Source: Balanoglossus misakiensis
Taxonomy: Eukaryota > Animalia > Hemichordata
Reading direction: 5' to 3'
DNA length: 64,000 nt
Assembly (NCBI GenBank): GCA_040954595.2
Contig: CM082587.2
Location: 899,622-963,621, forward strand
Below the pieces are notes generated by a model. That model was given only the letters and a program-made list of their open reading frames with translations, was not told the DNA's origin and searched no databases. Positions 26,801 to 41,600 of this stretch are shown here, piece by piece (the stretch's first letter is position 1; each line of letters begins with the position of its first letter). The position numbers and the translations under genes were made by a program.

Positions 26801-29800
26801 ACCTTGACCTTGGCCTTTCAGTTTCTCTATCTCCGCTCTCAGTTCTGTAAGGAATAGATGATTTTCCGGTTTTGCATTGCAAGACTTTATTAACTACCGT
26901 AACAACTGCTTGCTAGCCAACTATTCTGTGAATCTACACACCACAGCGAAGGAAATAAACAACTCTTTGAAAAGCTAGTAATGATGTCTCACCTCGTATA
27001 AGTCTGGCACTTGGATCTTCATTGACCTTGGCAATGTTGACAATAGTCCTGGCCTGTTTGGCATATCTGAGCGTGCTCATTGTTTCTTCAAAATGAGCAC
27101 TGGAAGGTCCGATAGTTGCAATCATGGCTGTCTTGGAATTTCCACCAAGACTTTCCTTCAATAACCTGTAGAGTGTCCAAAGTCAATAATACATCATCAT
27201 CATCATCATCACCATCACCATCACCATCACCATCATCATCATCATCATCATCACCTTGATGAAGGTCTTTCTTACATAATGGATTGCAGATTGATTGCAG
27301 TAAGGTTTGTTACAATTGTCACTGTAATCCTAAATCCCCAAACTCACCATGTCAACACTGAGTCTCTGTACGGGATGAAGACTTTCTTCTTCTTGTGAAT
27401 AGATCTCTCTGACAGCGCTGAAATGACTTTGCCAAGAGTGTGGAGAGATTTGTTGATGCTGGCTCCTTCCTGTAGTGACGATAAAAAGAAGATAACAAGT
27501 CGAACATCAGATGACATTAACCTCCTAGGTATCTGAGTATTAACTGAAATTCACTGCATTAGTCAGGGTAAAATAAAAGCCGAAGTTGGCATGGCGACCG
27601 GACTTGCAAGTACACACTTTCTGGCTTTAAAACTTTTGAAAGGTGTCTAATTATTTCATCCAAAGTACAAACTTACTCTGAGTCTATCTCCCGACGTCTG
27701 TGCCTGTACACATCGTTCACTTCCGGCCAAATCAATCAAATTGATTCGACTTGTTCTGCTGTGCTCGTGTGCCTCACCTTCAATCATTTCAGTCTGAAAC
27801 AAAGAAAATCATTAGCACCAAAGCTTGTGTTGGCTTGATCTATGAGAACCATACGCATTAAAATTCTCATGACGCTGACAACTCTACTGATATGTAAAGG
27901 GGTGTGTGTTCCTGTCAAGATTATATCAATAGCCCTTGTCTGTCTGTGTCTGTCCGTCTGAATGTCATACCAGAATTCCTTACCTTTTTCTGTGTGAGTA
28001 CTATAGTGAAAACAGAGTGGGATCGACTTGACTTATCATTCATTCCTGTGGCAGCTGTTGCTCTCTGTTTATTTCCAAGAGTCAGCCATCCTGTGATGTC
28101 ATCATAGGACTTGGCTATATACCTGACATGACAAGATCATTTTGATTATTGACACTCCATGCATTATTGACCAGTACTTTGATTTTCCTTTATCTCAATT
28201 GACTGTGTACTTTCTAAAATAGTGAGAAGCAGAACTTACGTTGACAGTCCCTCTACATATGGACCTAAGATGGGATGCTCTCGAACTCTTAGCTGAAAAA
28301 GGGAGGAAAACAAATTGTAAACTATTTTGAAATCATCTAAACTTGAGACTATTCCTGTACATGTCAGGTTCCATCAATTTCCACCAAATCCTGTTGCCAT
28401 GGTGAGAGACAACAGAACATAGCGCCCAGAGAACCACCTGTTGCAAGTTTCTCCTTTTCAGTCCCAGGTGTCACTTGGCAAACTTTCAACAACTGTTTTT
28501 TTACGTTTCACAATTATTTTTGTGAGGTAGTTAGTTACAACAACTGAACAGATTCCATGTCATAAAAATCTCATTTATGACAGGAGACTTGATCTTTTGC
28601 CAAGTGGTTGTGTGAGAGTGTTTGTTACACTGTCCAACTCAATGTCAGCATTAGATTCAGACACTGGTAAGATTCATAGACCAGATTCATGAACTGAAAT
28701 TTAAGATTTCAAGGCATCAAAATCTGGATGAAAACTTACTGTAGCTTTCTTCTTCCCTTTATCCATTGTTGATCCCAACAAATCATGGATCTTCTCATTG
28801 TAAATTTCAAAGTAACTTATTTCAGTGTTAAAAATGACCTGTCAGATAAAACAGCAATTCCCCAGTAAATGTAGGACAGCAATTGTGAGTAAAATATGTG
28901 GGAGTTAACTGTGGAGCAAGTTTTACCATTTGCTGAAGATGGTATGTTTATATCACAACAAGAAATAATTCCAAAACTTTATAAAACCCATCAGAATAAA
29001 GAAAAGGTAATTTGTAACACTGTGGTACTTATACTTACATCATCTTCCATAGAATTTTCAATTCTTGAAAACAATTCTTCGCTGAATCTGGGTACTATGC
29101 CAGGGTTATCACTTTGACCCATAATGCTTTGCAAGAAAGAGGAGAACTTCATCATGTCAGCTATAATGTGTACAACTGCATTCTGATTAACAGACATGAA
29201 ACCCAGCTTCTGATAGGCTGGTAACTCCAATTCAATTACAACTGTACCAATAAGACTACTGCTAAGAAAATAATGTTTACCTGTATGATTTTCCGGATCC
29301 AGTCTGTCCATACGCAAAGAGACAAGTGTTGTAACCTTGGAATGCACTACCAAGCAGAGGACGGGCGAGTTTGTCATAAACCAACTCTTGCCCGGCAAAA
29401 TGCTTGTCTTCGTCACTGAACGACCAGAAACAATGATCATAGAAGAAGTTGTGACTGACACCACTATCGGACGTGACAATCGTCTCATTGTCTTCCATTG
29501 CTACAGCACATTTTGTATTTCCGCGATCAATTTCCCTGCAAGACAAGTGGAGGTTGGATTATCAGATTTGTGACTTGAAAGTATTTGTCTTGTCTTTGAC
29601 AGAGACATGGAAGAGAAAAGCACCTGTCACAGAGATTAAAGTTCATTCTATAACAATGCCTCTGTCTTTCTTATTATTGTCATTGCTGATACTCTTGATG
29701 GAATTGGAAAGCGATGTTGAGTGCCTCTGCGTGTCTCGTAACTCCACACCTGTTTCAGCACTTGCAGTGTATTGCCCACAGACACAAATGAAACCAAATA

Positions 29801-31894
29801 TCTGACCTGTATTTTGAAAACCTCAAATTCTACTATGCAAACATGTATGCATTGGTAAAAACACAAGCTGGAGTTTTCTGACCAGTGATAACCAGTAACC
29901 TTTCAGACTCCATTCAGATATCTGTTTACATTTTTGCAATTCTATTTATTTTCTCAACATAGACCTTGTTTTATTGTCACCTTCTGTCCATTTTGAGTGG
30001 CCCAGCTCAGAGTAAACCAATACCCAGGTTGTTTTCTAAGATCATACTGACCCAACAGGGACACAAAAGTCTCTTTTGTTGTAAGGTATTTAGAGTTATA
30101 GTGCAGTCAGACTGCTCAAGCGATAAAGTTAACCAAACGAGAGCCTGACAGGTCAGTATGACATTCAAATGGTCATTTCTACCAGGCTACTACTGACAAC
30201 CACAATTTGAATCCCCTGAAATCTGATAGAATAAAAGTAGTTCACAACACTGTGAATTCATTCAAACTGAAGATTTATTTGTCACTGTAACAAGTCTAAA
30301 CCTGTTTGTAGTTTGAGTGCTTCCTATAATCACCCCTATTGTTACAAGTGACTGTCTATTAAAAGGTGTACCGGCAGGCTTTCCAGAATCATGACACTTG
30401 GAATCTTTGACCACTGAGACAGAAAACAAAATCCTAGAATAAGAACTGATCACTGACAATGCTTGGAATCTGCTGTTCACCATTTTTGTCGCCATGGTTA
30501 CTCATCAGTTGTTACCATTCAACTGAGGCCCTGTTTAATTGGCGCAGCAATTTCTGGTGTGAACAAAATGACAGAAGTATGAACTTGTTATGTCCATGTG
30601 GGGACCGGGGGTATGAATTCAGCTGTAAAAACTAGTGATTAGCTATTTTATGATATTTTTTGGATCTGTGCAACTTCAGCAAGTGATGGAATTGAATGGC
30701 ATGGACAAGGGCAATTGTGTCTCCACTCACAACACTTGGTGCCATTGTCTGCACTCGTCTGGTACAATGGTGGAATCAATTCTGAAGTTGAACAATAAAG
30801 GTGTGACAGCCTCCTCAATGTGAATGGCAGTCTGTGTTGGTACACTGTCTCTTTTAATCGACTGTTGATTTACATTATCGTGTCTCGTACTTTCACCTGA
30901 CAGTGAATGTCAGACGTGACATTGAGTCAACTAGTGTGTGTTTTGCTTTAGACTACAAATGTATTTTAATAAATCTGAAACCCATACTCATCAATATTTT
31001 CAGAAATCTACTGAGCTTTTCATCTTCCCTGAAATATTCATCATTTAGATTAGATAGATAATTTTGATGTTGATCTCAGTGTATTGAATGTGATGCAATG
31101 TGACGTGACGTCAATTACTTCCTTTTTAAGTGTTGATGCCGTCCACCATGGACATATGGAAAAAAATGTTCTATTAAACCTAAAAGACTAAAGTCAACTG
31201 AAGCCACCGTTATCAGGTCCCTGGGGACATCATATCATGTTCACGATTGTAGACACAGAACAATACCCTCTGTCAACGACAATCCTATTCAGTCATCTGA
31301 ATACCTGAAGTAGACTCGTTTCCATCTAAGGTTGCTTAGAGAAGATGCAATGTCACAAAACTGGGAAGACCATACTAACATAGTTGTCGTCATCTTTAAA
31401 AAATGACATATAGACAAGCCAAGTGATACATACATGATGTATGTTTACAGTAAACAGTAGCTAAAAGTGAAAAAGGTAATTTTTATCAATGTATATTACC
31501 TCTGGTTGAACGGTCTAACCCTGACAGCAACGGTCACGCTTGAGCTACTTTCTTCAACTAATCCATGAATATTTCCAACACTACCGCGATATTTCACCGG
31601 TGTTTTCCTTGGAGCATCCATCTCCACATGGTTGTAACATTCAGGAGTACCAAAACCAACTTCTTCTATTTTATCACCACCGTGCTTGACACGTCCGATT
31701 GGTGTCTTGAAAGATTCTTTCGGGGTTCCGAAGTCGTGTTTCTGGGTTGTTGTTTCTCGAGATGAAAATCCGCCATTCGGTTGCCTGTTCTCTTTCGCAC
31801 CGTTTATGCTAGAACCAGCGTCGTCAGTAAGAGCCGGTAACTGTGGAAGAGATCGTCTATTCTTCGCAAGATCGGAGTTCAGCTTCGTAGCCAT
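20834..31894 (-). CDS. KIF14: Kinesin-3 family motor KIF14 (N-terminal extension, motor, FHA, coiled coils); ~26 coding exons
   Basis: Motifs [17 protein letters not shown]-loop [65 protein letters not shown], and FHA entry [21 protein letters not shown]. The long N-terminal extension, [10 protein letters not shown] and [18 protein letters not shown] fit KIF14. ATG at 31894, stop at 20834. Confidence 0.93.
27191..27254. repeat. (CAT/CAC)n microsatellite in a KIF14 intron
   Basis: catcatcat...caccatcaccat run between motor-domain exons. Confidence 0.95.
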
Positions 31895-32365
31895 TTCCAA
31901 TGTTTACTTTACGAGCGATTGGCGTCGTGATCGTGTCCCGATTATCGGCAAAGCTCAGCTTCAGCTGTTGACAGCGATGTGTAATATCTTGTCGTGTAAC
32001 TAAATTCAGCTCTATTCCATCGCTGATCGAACAAAATATTACATCCTTGAGATTTAACTGAAGTTATCCTTTAGACACAGTGAGTATGCAACGGTACGCG
32101 ATACGGTGCGATCGGCAAGTCAAATTTTCGAACGACTTCAATCAAACTTTTGATTGGTTCCCATTGTCCATGTGATCACCACCTGACTAACAGGGTTCTT
32201 CTGAGGTCAAAGGTTACCTTGAAAGGGGCGTGTCCGCAAAACTGACATACATGTGTCACTGTCAGGTCATTGCCTGGTGCACATGCGAAGAGAACAGTCT
32301 TAGGCGGAAAACTTCCCAACCAGGCTAGTCTCTGGTCTGTATTCAGTCATCTCCTGGCAAGAACC
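31895..32365. promoter_or_regulatory. Divergent promoter region shared by KIF14 and the CUB receptor
   Basis: The two ATGs are ~470 bp apart, head-to-head. CCAAT box (attgg at about 32153-32157) and a CHR-like TTCGAA at about 32127-32132 lie upstream of KIF14. Confidence 0.55.
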
Positions 32366-35300
32366 ATGGCAAAAAGTGCACTTCTGTCACTGGTAGTGGT
32401 GTTAGTTTTGGGTAAGCAAGCATTCGTTGTCCACACGTTGATTGATCATCGTGGTGCAGTCCACCACCATCTTGTACCAATGGTGAACCCAACAGTAAAC
32501 ACAACCACTGCCTTGCATATGATTGTCACGTGCCTCTCTTTAATATGTACCCGCATATATTGCTGTCTGACAATGTCTGACCTTCTAAAATGTATTACGA
32601 TTATTAGATTAGTAGTAATCACAATAAAAACAGTCAGTAGCTATAAATTATTGAAATGTACTATTTTCGTTTTATCAGTTCGGAGAATTCTGGCTGAGGT
32701 CACAGAATTCTGACTATTGGTCTCAGAAACTAATGGCGCACCCTTGCCAGTTTTCGTTTTGTATTTAATCAGATCACACGTCTATTATCCCCCTTGATAA
32801 GATTTTCTGTGTATATATGAAATTGATCTCTTTCCTTGAAACATATCAGAGTTCTTATTTGATGTATTTTTGAATCCAACAGGTGTAGTTGTGGCAACAC
32901 AGGAACTTGTGTTAGATGAAGAACGTAAGTTGTATCCATTTCACCCGTTCCCTTTTTGATCTACTGTACTGGATTGGGGAGGGGCAGGTCAGGGGTGTGT
33001 CACGTAAATATGTCTGCATCAGATACTGATATACACGTACTGCTGTTGAGTATAAGATTAATTTGAAAATTGAGTTAAAAAGTAACTGTTACTTTTAATA
33101 ATTTCTGATAACTTGAAGTATTTTGTACAGTCTGGTGTACTGTTGGCAAATGCAGAATTATACTATGAAAACCATGTTGACAAACCAGATTTGTATAGAG
33201 AGGCGTAATTTACCTCCTTGGAGTCACTTCTCCTTACTTCTGTTGAGACTAATTTACTTCCTCATTCACCAAAGTTGTAAAGGGAATCATGATACATGTT
33301 GCTCATGCTTTTGAAATATTTTTTTTTTCACTTATAGAGTGTGCATTCAGTTTGAATGAAAGTGATAGCACTTTTTTCTCACCAAACTATCCTGGGCAAT
33401 ATAATGCAAGCATTATCTGCACATGGAATATTGCTGTGGAAAATGGCTCTGTCATATATCTGACAATTCTGGATTTCTACGTGGATGGAACTGGTGATGT
33501 GCTTCAAGTCTCTGATGGAAGTAAACTGATCGGAAATTTTTCCAAATCTGGTGAAGAAGGTATATTCTGTTTCCTTTATAGAATAACTCTCATGAACTTT
33601 GATGACTGGTTTTATAATCTAATATGAACAAGAAGTCTTTCAGGTTCTTTGGTGTTTACTTCAACACTTTTGGCTGCCATTATTCTGATTTTTGGACAGT
33701 AAATATCAATACATGTTCTTGCTATTTGTTTGTAGGACCTGATCAAAGACAAGTTTTGACACATGCTTTCATTTGAATCCATGCTTGAATCTGATATGGC
33801 ATTATTTTTGTGTGTTTTTTTACCCAGCAATCCCAACACAAACATTCATGGTGATTTCTTCAACAAATGTTTTGAATGTGAAGTTAATCAGTTCTAGCTC
33901 ATCCCCGGGACTGAATAAAAGAAGATTTGCAGCGAAATACAATATAGCTGGTAAGTAGAATTTGCTTGGAGCATTTTAAAGCTGCATGATGCACACACTA
34001 TTGCTGCCACAATTAACAGTGGTTATATTTTTACAATGCCATCAAAATTGTTTGTTCGTTGAGTCTGTCAACTGTCATGTGAACATATTTACGTTGGCTT
34101 GTGGTTCTCACATCTCAGACGTTTTTGCAAACTTTGAATCAAGACAAGGATTTAGTAGTACATGCATATCTCTCATTTGTGAAAGCATAATGCTGACTAT
34201 ATTGCTATTCTTGTATCCAGCTTGCCACTATGAATTTGACGTATCCAATTTGTCAAGTTCCTTTGGTCCAATTTACTACCTTGAAACTCAACCCAGTGTC
34301 ACCTGTACATGGACCATTACGGCACCATTCGGACGAAAGCTATCACTGGCTTTCGATGAAGTCGCTTTGGGAAAGGATTCCTCTGTGGTCATACAAGAAG
34401 ATGGCTCTACCTGGGCACAGTACTCAGGTAGGAATTCCTGAGTTCCCAGCTTTTGTGAATGATATTGCAATATTCTTCATGGTTGTTTTATATGCTATTT
34501 ATGAAATCCATTTTTGTTTATTTCTTTCTCTGTAGGAAGTGGAGATTTTCCAGACATCATTTCCAATGGAACTGAGCTGTTAGTTGAATATAACATACAC
34601 AACACATCTGACATTGGTGTCTTGCTTGCATCATTTGTGACAATAACTGGTAATTAATCTTCCCCTATGAACGTGCTCTTTTACGCTTTTAGTACCGGTA
34701 TGGTCCATCTGTCAACCTTTTATACTCTGACCCCCTGGGTGACCTATATCCCTGCAGACATTTTTTCTGAGCCTGGTTCTGAAATACTTTCTTCTCCTGA
34801 TATAAAACTGATTTTATGTAATATTTTATTCCAATTATAAACAGATTGTGGGCCTAGTGTGTGGAATCTCTTTGATTCAACTGAAACAGTGACCGTGTTT
34901 GTGGAAGGATTTGATCAGAATATGGACTGTCGATGGTTGATACAAGCACCAGAAGGAAAGACCTTAATGGCAGACTTTAACACTTTGGTGATACAGAATC
35001 ACAATGATTATGTCACTTTCCGTGACGGTCCACAGAGGAAAAGTAACATGCTTGGGACTTACACAGGAATCTTTGATTCCACAACAATCAAAGGTATAAC
35101 TGTTAAAGTCATCTTCTTTTGAACCTGAAGCTATTCTCACACAGATACCGGTACTCAATCTTTAAATGCACAGTAATTATATCGGCGGAACCCCAATCCA
35201 TCAATCAAATACCAAAATTCTTTTTTTTTTTGCTAGACCTCCCGCTAACTTTAACATCTCAAACATATCTGTGGATCAAACTGATAACTGATCAAGTTCC

Positions 35301-38165
35301 CAGCTCTGGAGGAGTCAACTTCACCGTGTATGTTCAAGGTATGATATTCACAATCATCTCTTTTCTCTTCGTGGCCATGTTCTTAGTGGCACAACTAATA
35401 CATTTTGTATTGTAAACAAATCATGCATATCACACACTAAGCAAGTCCTTTAAAATTGTTTTGAATTTTGCAGAGTTCGGCCGACAATACTTACAAGCAG
35501 GACCCAAAGTTCCGTTTGAATTAAGTGCAACAACTTCAACCGTCACACAGTACTACAGATTTTCAACCGAACCACAATATCAGACAATAAGTACAAACTA
35601 CGACCAAGTGGAGTTAGAATTCACAGAATGTCACTTGTCAGAGAAGGCAACTATGAGCTTCTATGATGGAGAGAGCACCCTCGCTCCACTGTTGACCCAG
35701 TACAGCGGAAGCCTCTATGCTTGTGACCCTGTTTACTCCAGTGGGCAGAATGTATTCCTCGTTGTTGATGGAATTCAGGCAAACGACATCTTCTCTGGCA
35801 GGTTCAGTGTGATTGAACCAGGTAATCAGTGAACACTATAAAGATTTCAGTCAGCTTACGGTAGTAGTGCTCAAGCTTATGTTTATAACGTTTTACATCA
35901 AAGAATGAAGAGTTCATCAGGGATGCCAGAAATGTCTGCTGGTTAACTTGGCAAGTTTTTGTTTTCTTTTTCACAGGTTGCCATGGCTACTACTTAGATT
36001 CAGCTGGTACTTTTACGCTTAGTGAGGCAAGACTGAACGATTCCAACTACTGCAGCTGGAATCTGAAGCCATCTGATGCATGTAGGTACATTGCTATTGG
36101 TACAGCACTGTTCCACTGTTCTTTAGGTATTCAAAATTACCATGGCCAGAGTTTGTACCTCAATCGTCATATTGAATCAAAATGAACCAAAACTAACATA
36201 GATACATTTCTTTCTGTTTCAGCTGGTGTGTTGACTCTTGTCATTTCACAAATCATGATGGCGGAGACCGACACTATCACAGTTCACTACGGACCAGGTC
36301 CTGGTAGTCCTGTCATCGCACAAATTGACAACTCTATGCACAAAAGTCCAGTCATCTTTTCAAGTGGACATAGCACAGGTCCAATGTTTGTAGAATTCAG
36401 CCGTCCATACAAGGCAACAGACGGCGCCAATGTAGTGTTTTCAGCATCCTACAAAGTGCAAGGGGGTAAGACTGGACTATATCAGGTGTTGTATGTAAAC
36501 ATTTTATGAACATTTTTTTTATTTATTTGTCAAGCATTTTGCAGTTTTTGTATCATCAACTCTTGTAAAACTATTTTTGTTCCTTTTTTCCACAGGTTGC
36601 CAAAAAACCATGACTGCAACAAAGAACGGCCAGATGTTCTCCCCAGAGTTCCCAAATCAATATCCAATCAACGCCCAGTGTTTCCACAAATTAAATATTC
36701 CACCTGGAAAACTGGTCCACCTCTACTTTAATACTTTCAGCATTTATGCAAAACACAAAGTGCAGATTGTGGATAACACTAATTCTACAAAACCGGCTGT
36801 GATTGGCTCTTACACAGGTGACCTGCTGCCCAATGATATTATTTTCACTGGTACAGCTGTTGAGGTCAATTTGTCAACAGTAGCACCAAACGTTACTGAT
36901 TTGATGGTTGCCCAGGGCTACGATATGTCATACACTCTGCTTGGTAAGTTGTTCCATTTTTTCTAGACTCGAAGGAAAATGGTCCTCTGGAATGTTTTAA
37001 CATGTATTTTATAGAATAAATATGATTTTATAACCTCTAAACTCATTTTTCATTCCTTCTTTCTTTCTTCCTTTGTTATTCCAGAATGTGGGGGTAATTT
37101 AACAAGCTCATCCAGCAGTTTTTCAACTCCTCAATGGCCGGAAGATGTTGTCAATTCCACTACTTGTATTTGGATTATCAGCATTCCGTCACCAGATCCA
37201 AAATCTAAAAATATCACCATCGTCAACATGACTTTCCCCACTGATAAAGTCATGCAAAGTTCCAAGTAAGTGAAAAGTAGATTTGATCAGTTTATCCTCA
37301 GTTTTTCTTTTACAATCAAGAACTTATGTATTTTACTACAAGGTTTGCATATCAGAAGAAAGGAAATCCATCAATTATTATGTTGCTATTATTTATTCTT
37401 TTTTTTCCATGCCACAGCAACTACATAGAGGTCAGAGATGGGCCTTCACTGAGATCAACCAACATTACGCTTAATCTAACATCTCCAACAGCAACCATAC
37501 TGGCCACGTACAACTACATCTGGGTCAAGTATGTTTTCAGTAAAACAGATACTAACGCTGTAGGATTTCCAGTTCAGTTTACCTATCAAACATTTGGTAA
37601 GTGAGTTAGTGGGTGAGTGAGTGAAATCAACAGAAGACACCGCACTCTTCCCAGAAAAGTAATTTCCTGTTGCCTACAGCTCTGAGCTCATTGATGTGGA
37701 GACCATCCAGTTTCTTCATTGACGTTCTTTTCATAATTTAATTCTCATGATTCCATTTTGTTTCTAGTTTGCAGCGCTCTGTGTGAAAATGGGATCTGCA
37801 TGCAACCAGATTGGCGATGTGATGGCTTAGATCAGTGTGGAGATGGTTCTGATGAGAAGAACTGTCCAGGAAAAGTCTGCCCGAAAGTGGAGACTAAAGG
37901 AGGGGGTGAGTAGCAGTATTGTCACACGCAGTTTTGGAAAGACAACAGTACGATATTAAACACCCAATCAGTCTCCTCTCAGGTTCATGAATGAATCATT
38001 ATTCCATTTTTTCTTTCTACAGCTTCAGCTGGCATTATCATTCTGACCATAGCACTGAGTGTCATTGTGACAATCATTGTCTTTCTGTTGGCACCACGAA
38101 TCAAGAGATGGTTCATCACCAGAAAATACTCGGCCATGGACAGTGATGTCACTGAGAGAATCTGA
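32366..38165 (+). CDS. Type I membrane protein: signal peptide, ~7 CUB domains, one LDLa module, TM helix, short tail (LEV-10/Neto-like architecture)
   Basis: Signal [16 protein letters not shown] (exon 32366-32411). CUB starts at about 33338 ([31 protein letters not shown]), 34221, 34845, 35473, 35977, 36596 ([23 protein letters not shown]) and 37085 ([18 protein letters not shown]). LDLa [50 protein letters not shown]. Tail [22 protein letters not shown]. Confidence 0.88.
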
Positions 38166-38632
38166 GATATCTCAGCTCTGTTGTTTGTCATCATTCAAAG
38201 TGACAGTACACTCTTGGAGCCCAACACTTTTTTGTGTGGGAGGGTTGTATCTACGAGAGTTTTTGTCAAGGTGCTTCACTTACTCAAGGTTTACTGTGTT
38301 GGAGTAAAAATTAAAGATGGTTGGGACATTTGTGTTACCTTAGTCTTATAGTTACCCAGACCTGAGAGTTTTATAGCAAGAGTCAATCTCATTTCATAGT
38401 GATATCTCGGGGGACAAAATTAGGCATCCAACCCACCTGACCTCTGACCCACCTGCCCACAATGTCCCACCTGCAGTGTCATCATTTTGAATGTATGATC
38501 ATTAATACTTTGGCCTGCTTTTACATGGCTTAGTTTAGTTTCTGAAAAACAATTAAATTGCTTGTCAGACATAGTTGAGTTTAACATTTATAAAACATTT
38601 TGAAATGTTCCAAGAACATTAAAAGTCCAGCA

Positions 38633-38664
38633 GTGTGTGTGTGTGTGTGTGCGTGCATGCGTGC
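38633..38664. repeat. (TG)n microsatellite downstream of the CUB gene stop
   Basis: gtgtgtgt... run followed by gcgtgcatgcgtgc. Confidence 0.9.
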
Positions 38665-41600
38665 AGATAAAATCGTTGCTTCCTTGCTTTCTTAGAGATC
38701 TTTGCAGATATCGTTGTATTCAGGAAAAAATCATTCCATTTATACAAAACGTCATTTGTTACTCTTAAAAAACACCCGCATGGTATGATGGGAAGAATAT
38801 TTCTTCAGATTGGTGAGTGCTTCTCAATGTCATGATTGCTGAGGTTAATAAAGGATGTGTTTTTACATACTCAGAAGATTGAAAAAAATCTGGTTTTACT
38901 TATTCAGATAGATTTATAAGATTGTTTATCACTGAGGATATCATTGTTTCAGTATTTTGTAATTATCATGATTGATGGCCTTTAGAGGAATGGAAGAGTT
39001 TTTTATCAATGGCATTAAAATTGATATATAAACCAGGGATTCTGTTTCGATTTTTACCTTATACTTCTGATGTAATGCTGTGATATGATAATCTGCCTGA
39101 AGCACTATGCGTGAACACAAAATATTTTCAAAGACTCGTTATGCGAAACTTAGAGTTCTATTGTAGTGGCCGCATAGATTATTTTATTTACTTTATGGAT
39201 TACAGAATGTAAAATTTCAACACGCTCATTTGGTCGCCAGAATTTGCTGGCATGTCGTGTAGTACTCATTTACGTGGCAGAACCTGGGATGAAATCAACC
39301 AACATACATCCCATCGACGCTGAAATTTAACACGTCCATACACTGCGCACAGGTGTTGGCGAACGAGCGAGCTCAGATAACTTTTAAAAAGGGATTTTGC
39401 ACTGGGATTACAGAGAAAGCTTACCAATTCAACGCTAGTGACATCGGTGATAAGTCGAAACGTCACACCATATGGTTGGTCACTAATATCAACTTCAACG
39501 CAGCCACGGCCATCAAGGTAACATTTATTTTATGAAGGTTTATTATTGCCACAGCATCATGAATAACGAGATCGTCATAATTCTATGGATCTCACAAAAG
39601 TAGTCTTGCAGCATTACGGTTTTCTGTCGCAACCCATGGGAAAGTTGAGTTCTGTCAAAATTTACACATCATCCTCGCAACAGAAAGTAAGTAATACTTT
39701 TCAGGTCCAATATATCTACAAATATCGCGATCGACTCGATAACTCGAGATGAACTGAGTCGGAAGATGGTTGGAGTGTCTGCGTTCGTGACAATTGCTGT
39801 TGGAATGCCATGATAATTAATAAAGTAAATGACTACTGGTACTATTTAACATTCTAGGAATTTGCACATACCTCGACACGAATGTCTTTTTTGTGACGTT
39901 TGGTGTCTGCCAGATCGGAGTGAAACCCTCACTTTTACGAATTTTGTCTGCAAAAACCAGACGGTTTACAATGAAATTTGTGATGCTTCATCAATTCTGC
40001 ACATATGGTTTGTCGCGTGGCAAATATTATCATACAAACATGTATGAGTCAAAGTTTTATTCAGAACGGAATATGTTCCACACCCACACCACTCTATATA
40101 TTTAAATTTCAAAGATACAATGCATAAGATTAAACACGATTGGAACTATTTTGGGATGATTGAATTCTGGTAGAACGTGTACAACATCTCTGGAGCGCTA
40201 TAGTACATCGCTACACTCCAGGTGATCATTTTTAATAGCATAATTGAGTTTAACAAACATAGCTCGTTTTTGTAAACATTGCATACGTGTGCAACTGTCC
40301 CAAATAGTTCAAATCGAATGAGAAACAAGCGACAATACAGAACAAAGAAGAGAAAGAAATATATTACCTGCATAAAAGGCTGATATTTTGTATTTTGATA
40401 GGGATGAAAATAATATATAGTTAAAATTCATCAGCGCACTGGTCACGAATTTGATATTAATAATCTGACTGATGGGCCAGCGGTAGAATAAATACCAGCA
40501 GGTGTGTTCAGGTCACATGATTAATTAATGGGTAAACTCATATTGGAAATACATCGGCCACGCCCACCTGTTAACAGCATGGTTCAAGTACCAAGAGTTT
40601 TCAATCTATTATGTTGCGCTGCACTGTACAAATGAATTAATATTATTTCATGGAAACGACAATACCATATACGCATTGCCGACAATAGGGATAGTAGTTA
40701 AAAGTGGCGTGAGATAAATGATATTTCAAGCGATAGAAATGTCCTTATTTACAACGGTTGCCATGCATCATTGCCTTTCATTCATAGCATCGTAAAACCT
40801 GTATGACAGAAGGGTATAGAAATAAATTATATATCTTGTTGGCGAGGGTTCTCCGGAATCTGAACAGTGGTCAATGTGGGCAGATGGGGTTCGGGGATTT
40901 GCAATTTGTCTGTACAATTTCATATTCTAGGGATCCCGCTGCAAGGCGGTATAACTCCACTGCCATTTTCGGTGACACAAAACCGAAGAGTTATAAATAT
41001 GCTACCACTTTGGGATGTCACGTGACTATGATAACCAGCTGCTGTATTTCGCGTAAATCATGGAGGAGGGGGGGGGGGGCTCCCACCTCCGTGGTCCATG
41101 CTCAGCCTATTTCTGTTGTACTGTTCACTGAATGTTCTACAACTTGAATACGGTTATCATTTCAGTACTAATGTCAAAAGTGAAAGTTTTGCGCAGTACA
41201 TGTAGTACTTTATCCGGGCACTTCAGAAGTTTAGCAACATAATAGACACAATCACCCCATGTGTCGAAAAGTTTGCACCCTAGATACTGAAACCGTATTG
41301 AAGCCATTGAAAAGGGATGTGGTAATTATGCATGCGCATAATTGTTCTCTTTTATTCCACGAACAATGCTCTGGTGTCGTAACAATACAGTGTGTACTCA
41401 TCCTAAGCGCATAACCGTCATTGCATCACACACACCGTCCAGGAAGGGACCTAGACACACTTTCGTATATACACGGTGAGTTTAGATAGCGAGACATGGT
41501 AGTCTTTTTGTCATGCCACTATTTATACTCATAAAGGTGTCCTCGTTGTATCGGAACTCACAGAGTTCATTTCTGTGAAGGACATTCATTCTACCAGTAC

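Noticed and set aside
27191-27254. Second His-like CAT/CAC run
   Set aside because: Intronic microsatellite between KIF14 motor exons, not coding.
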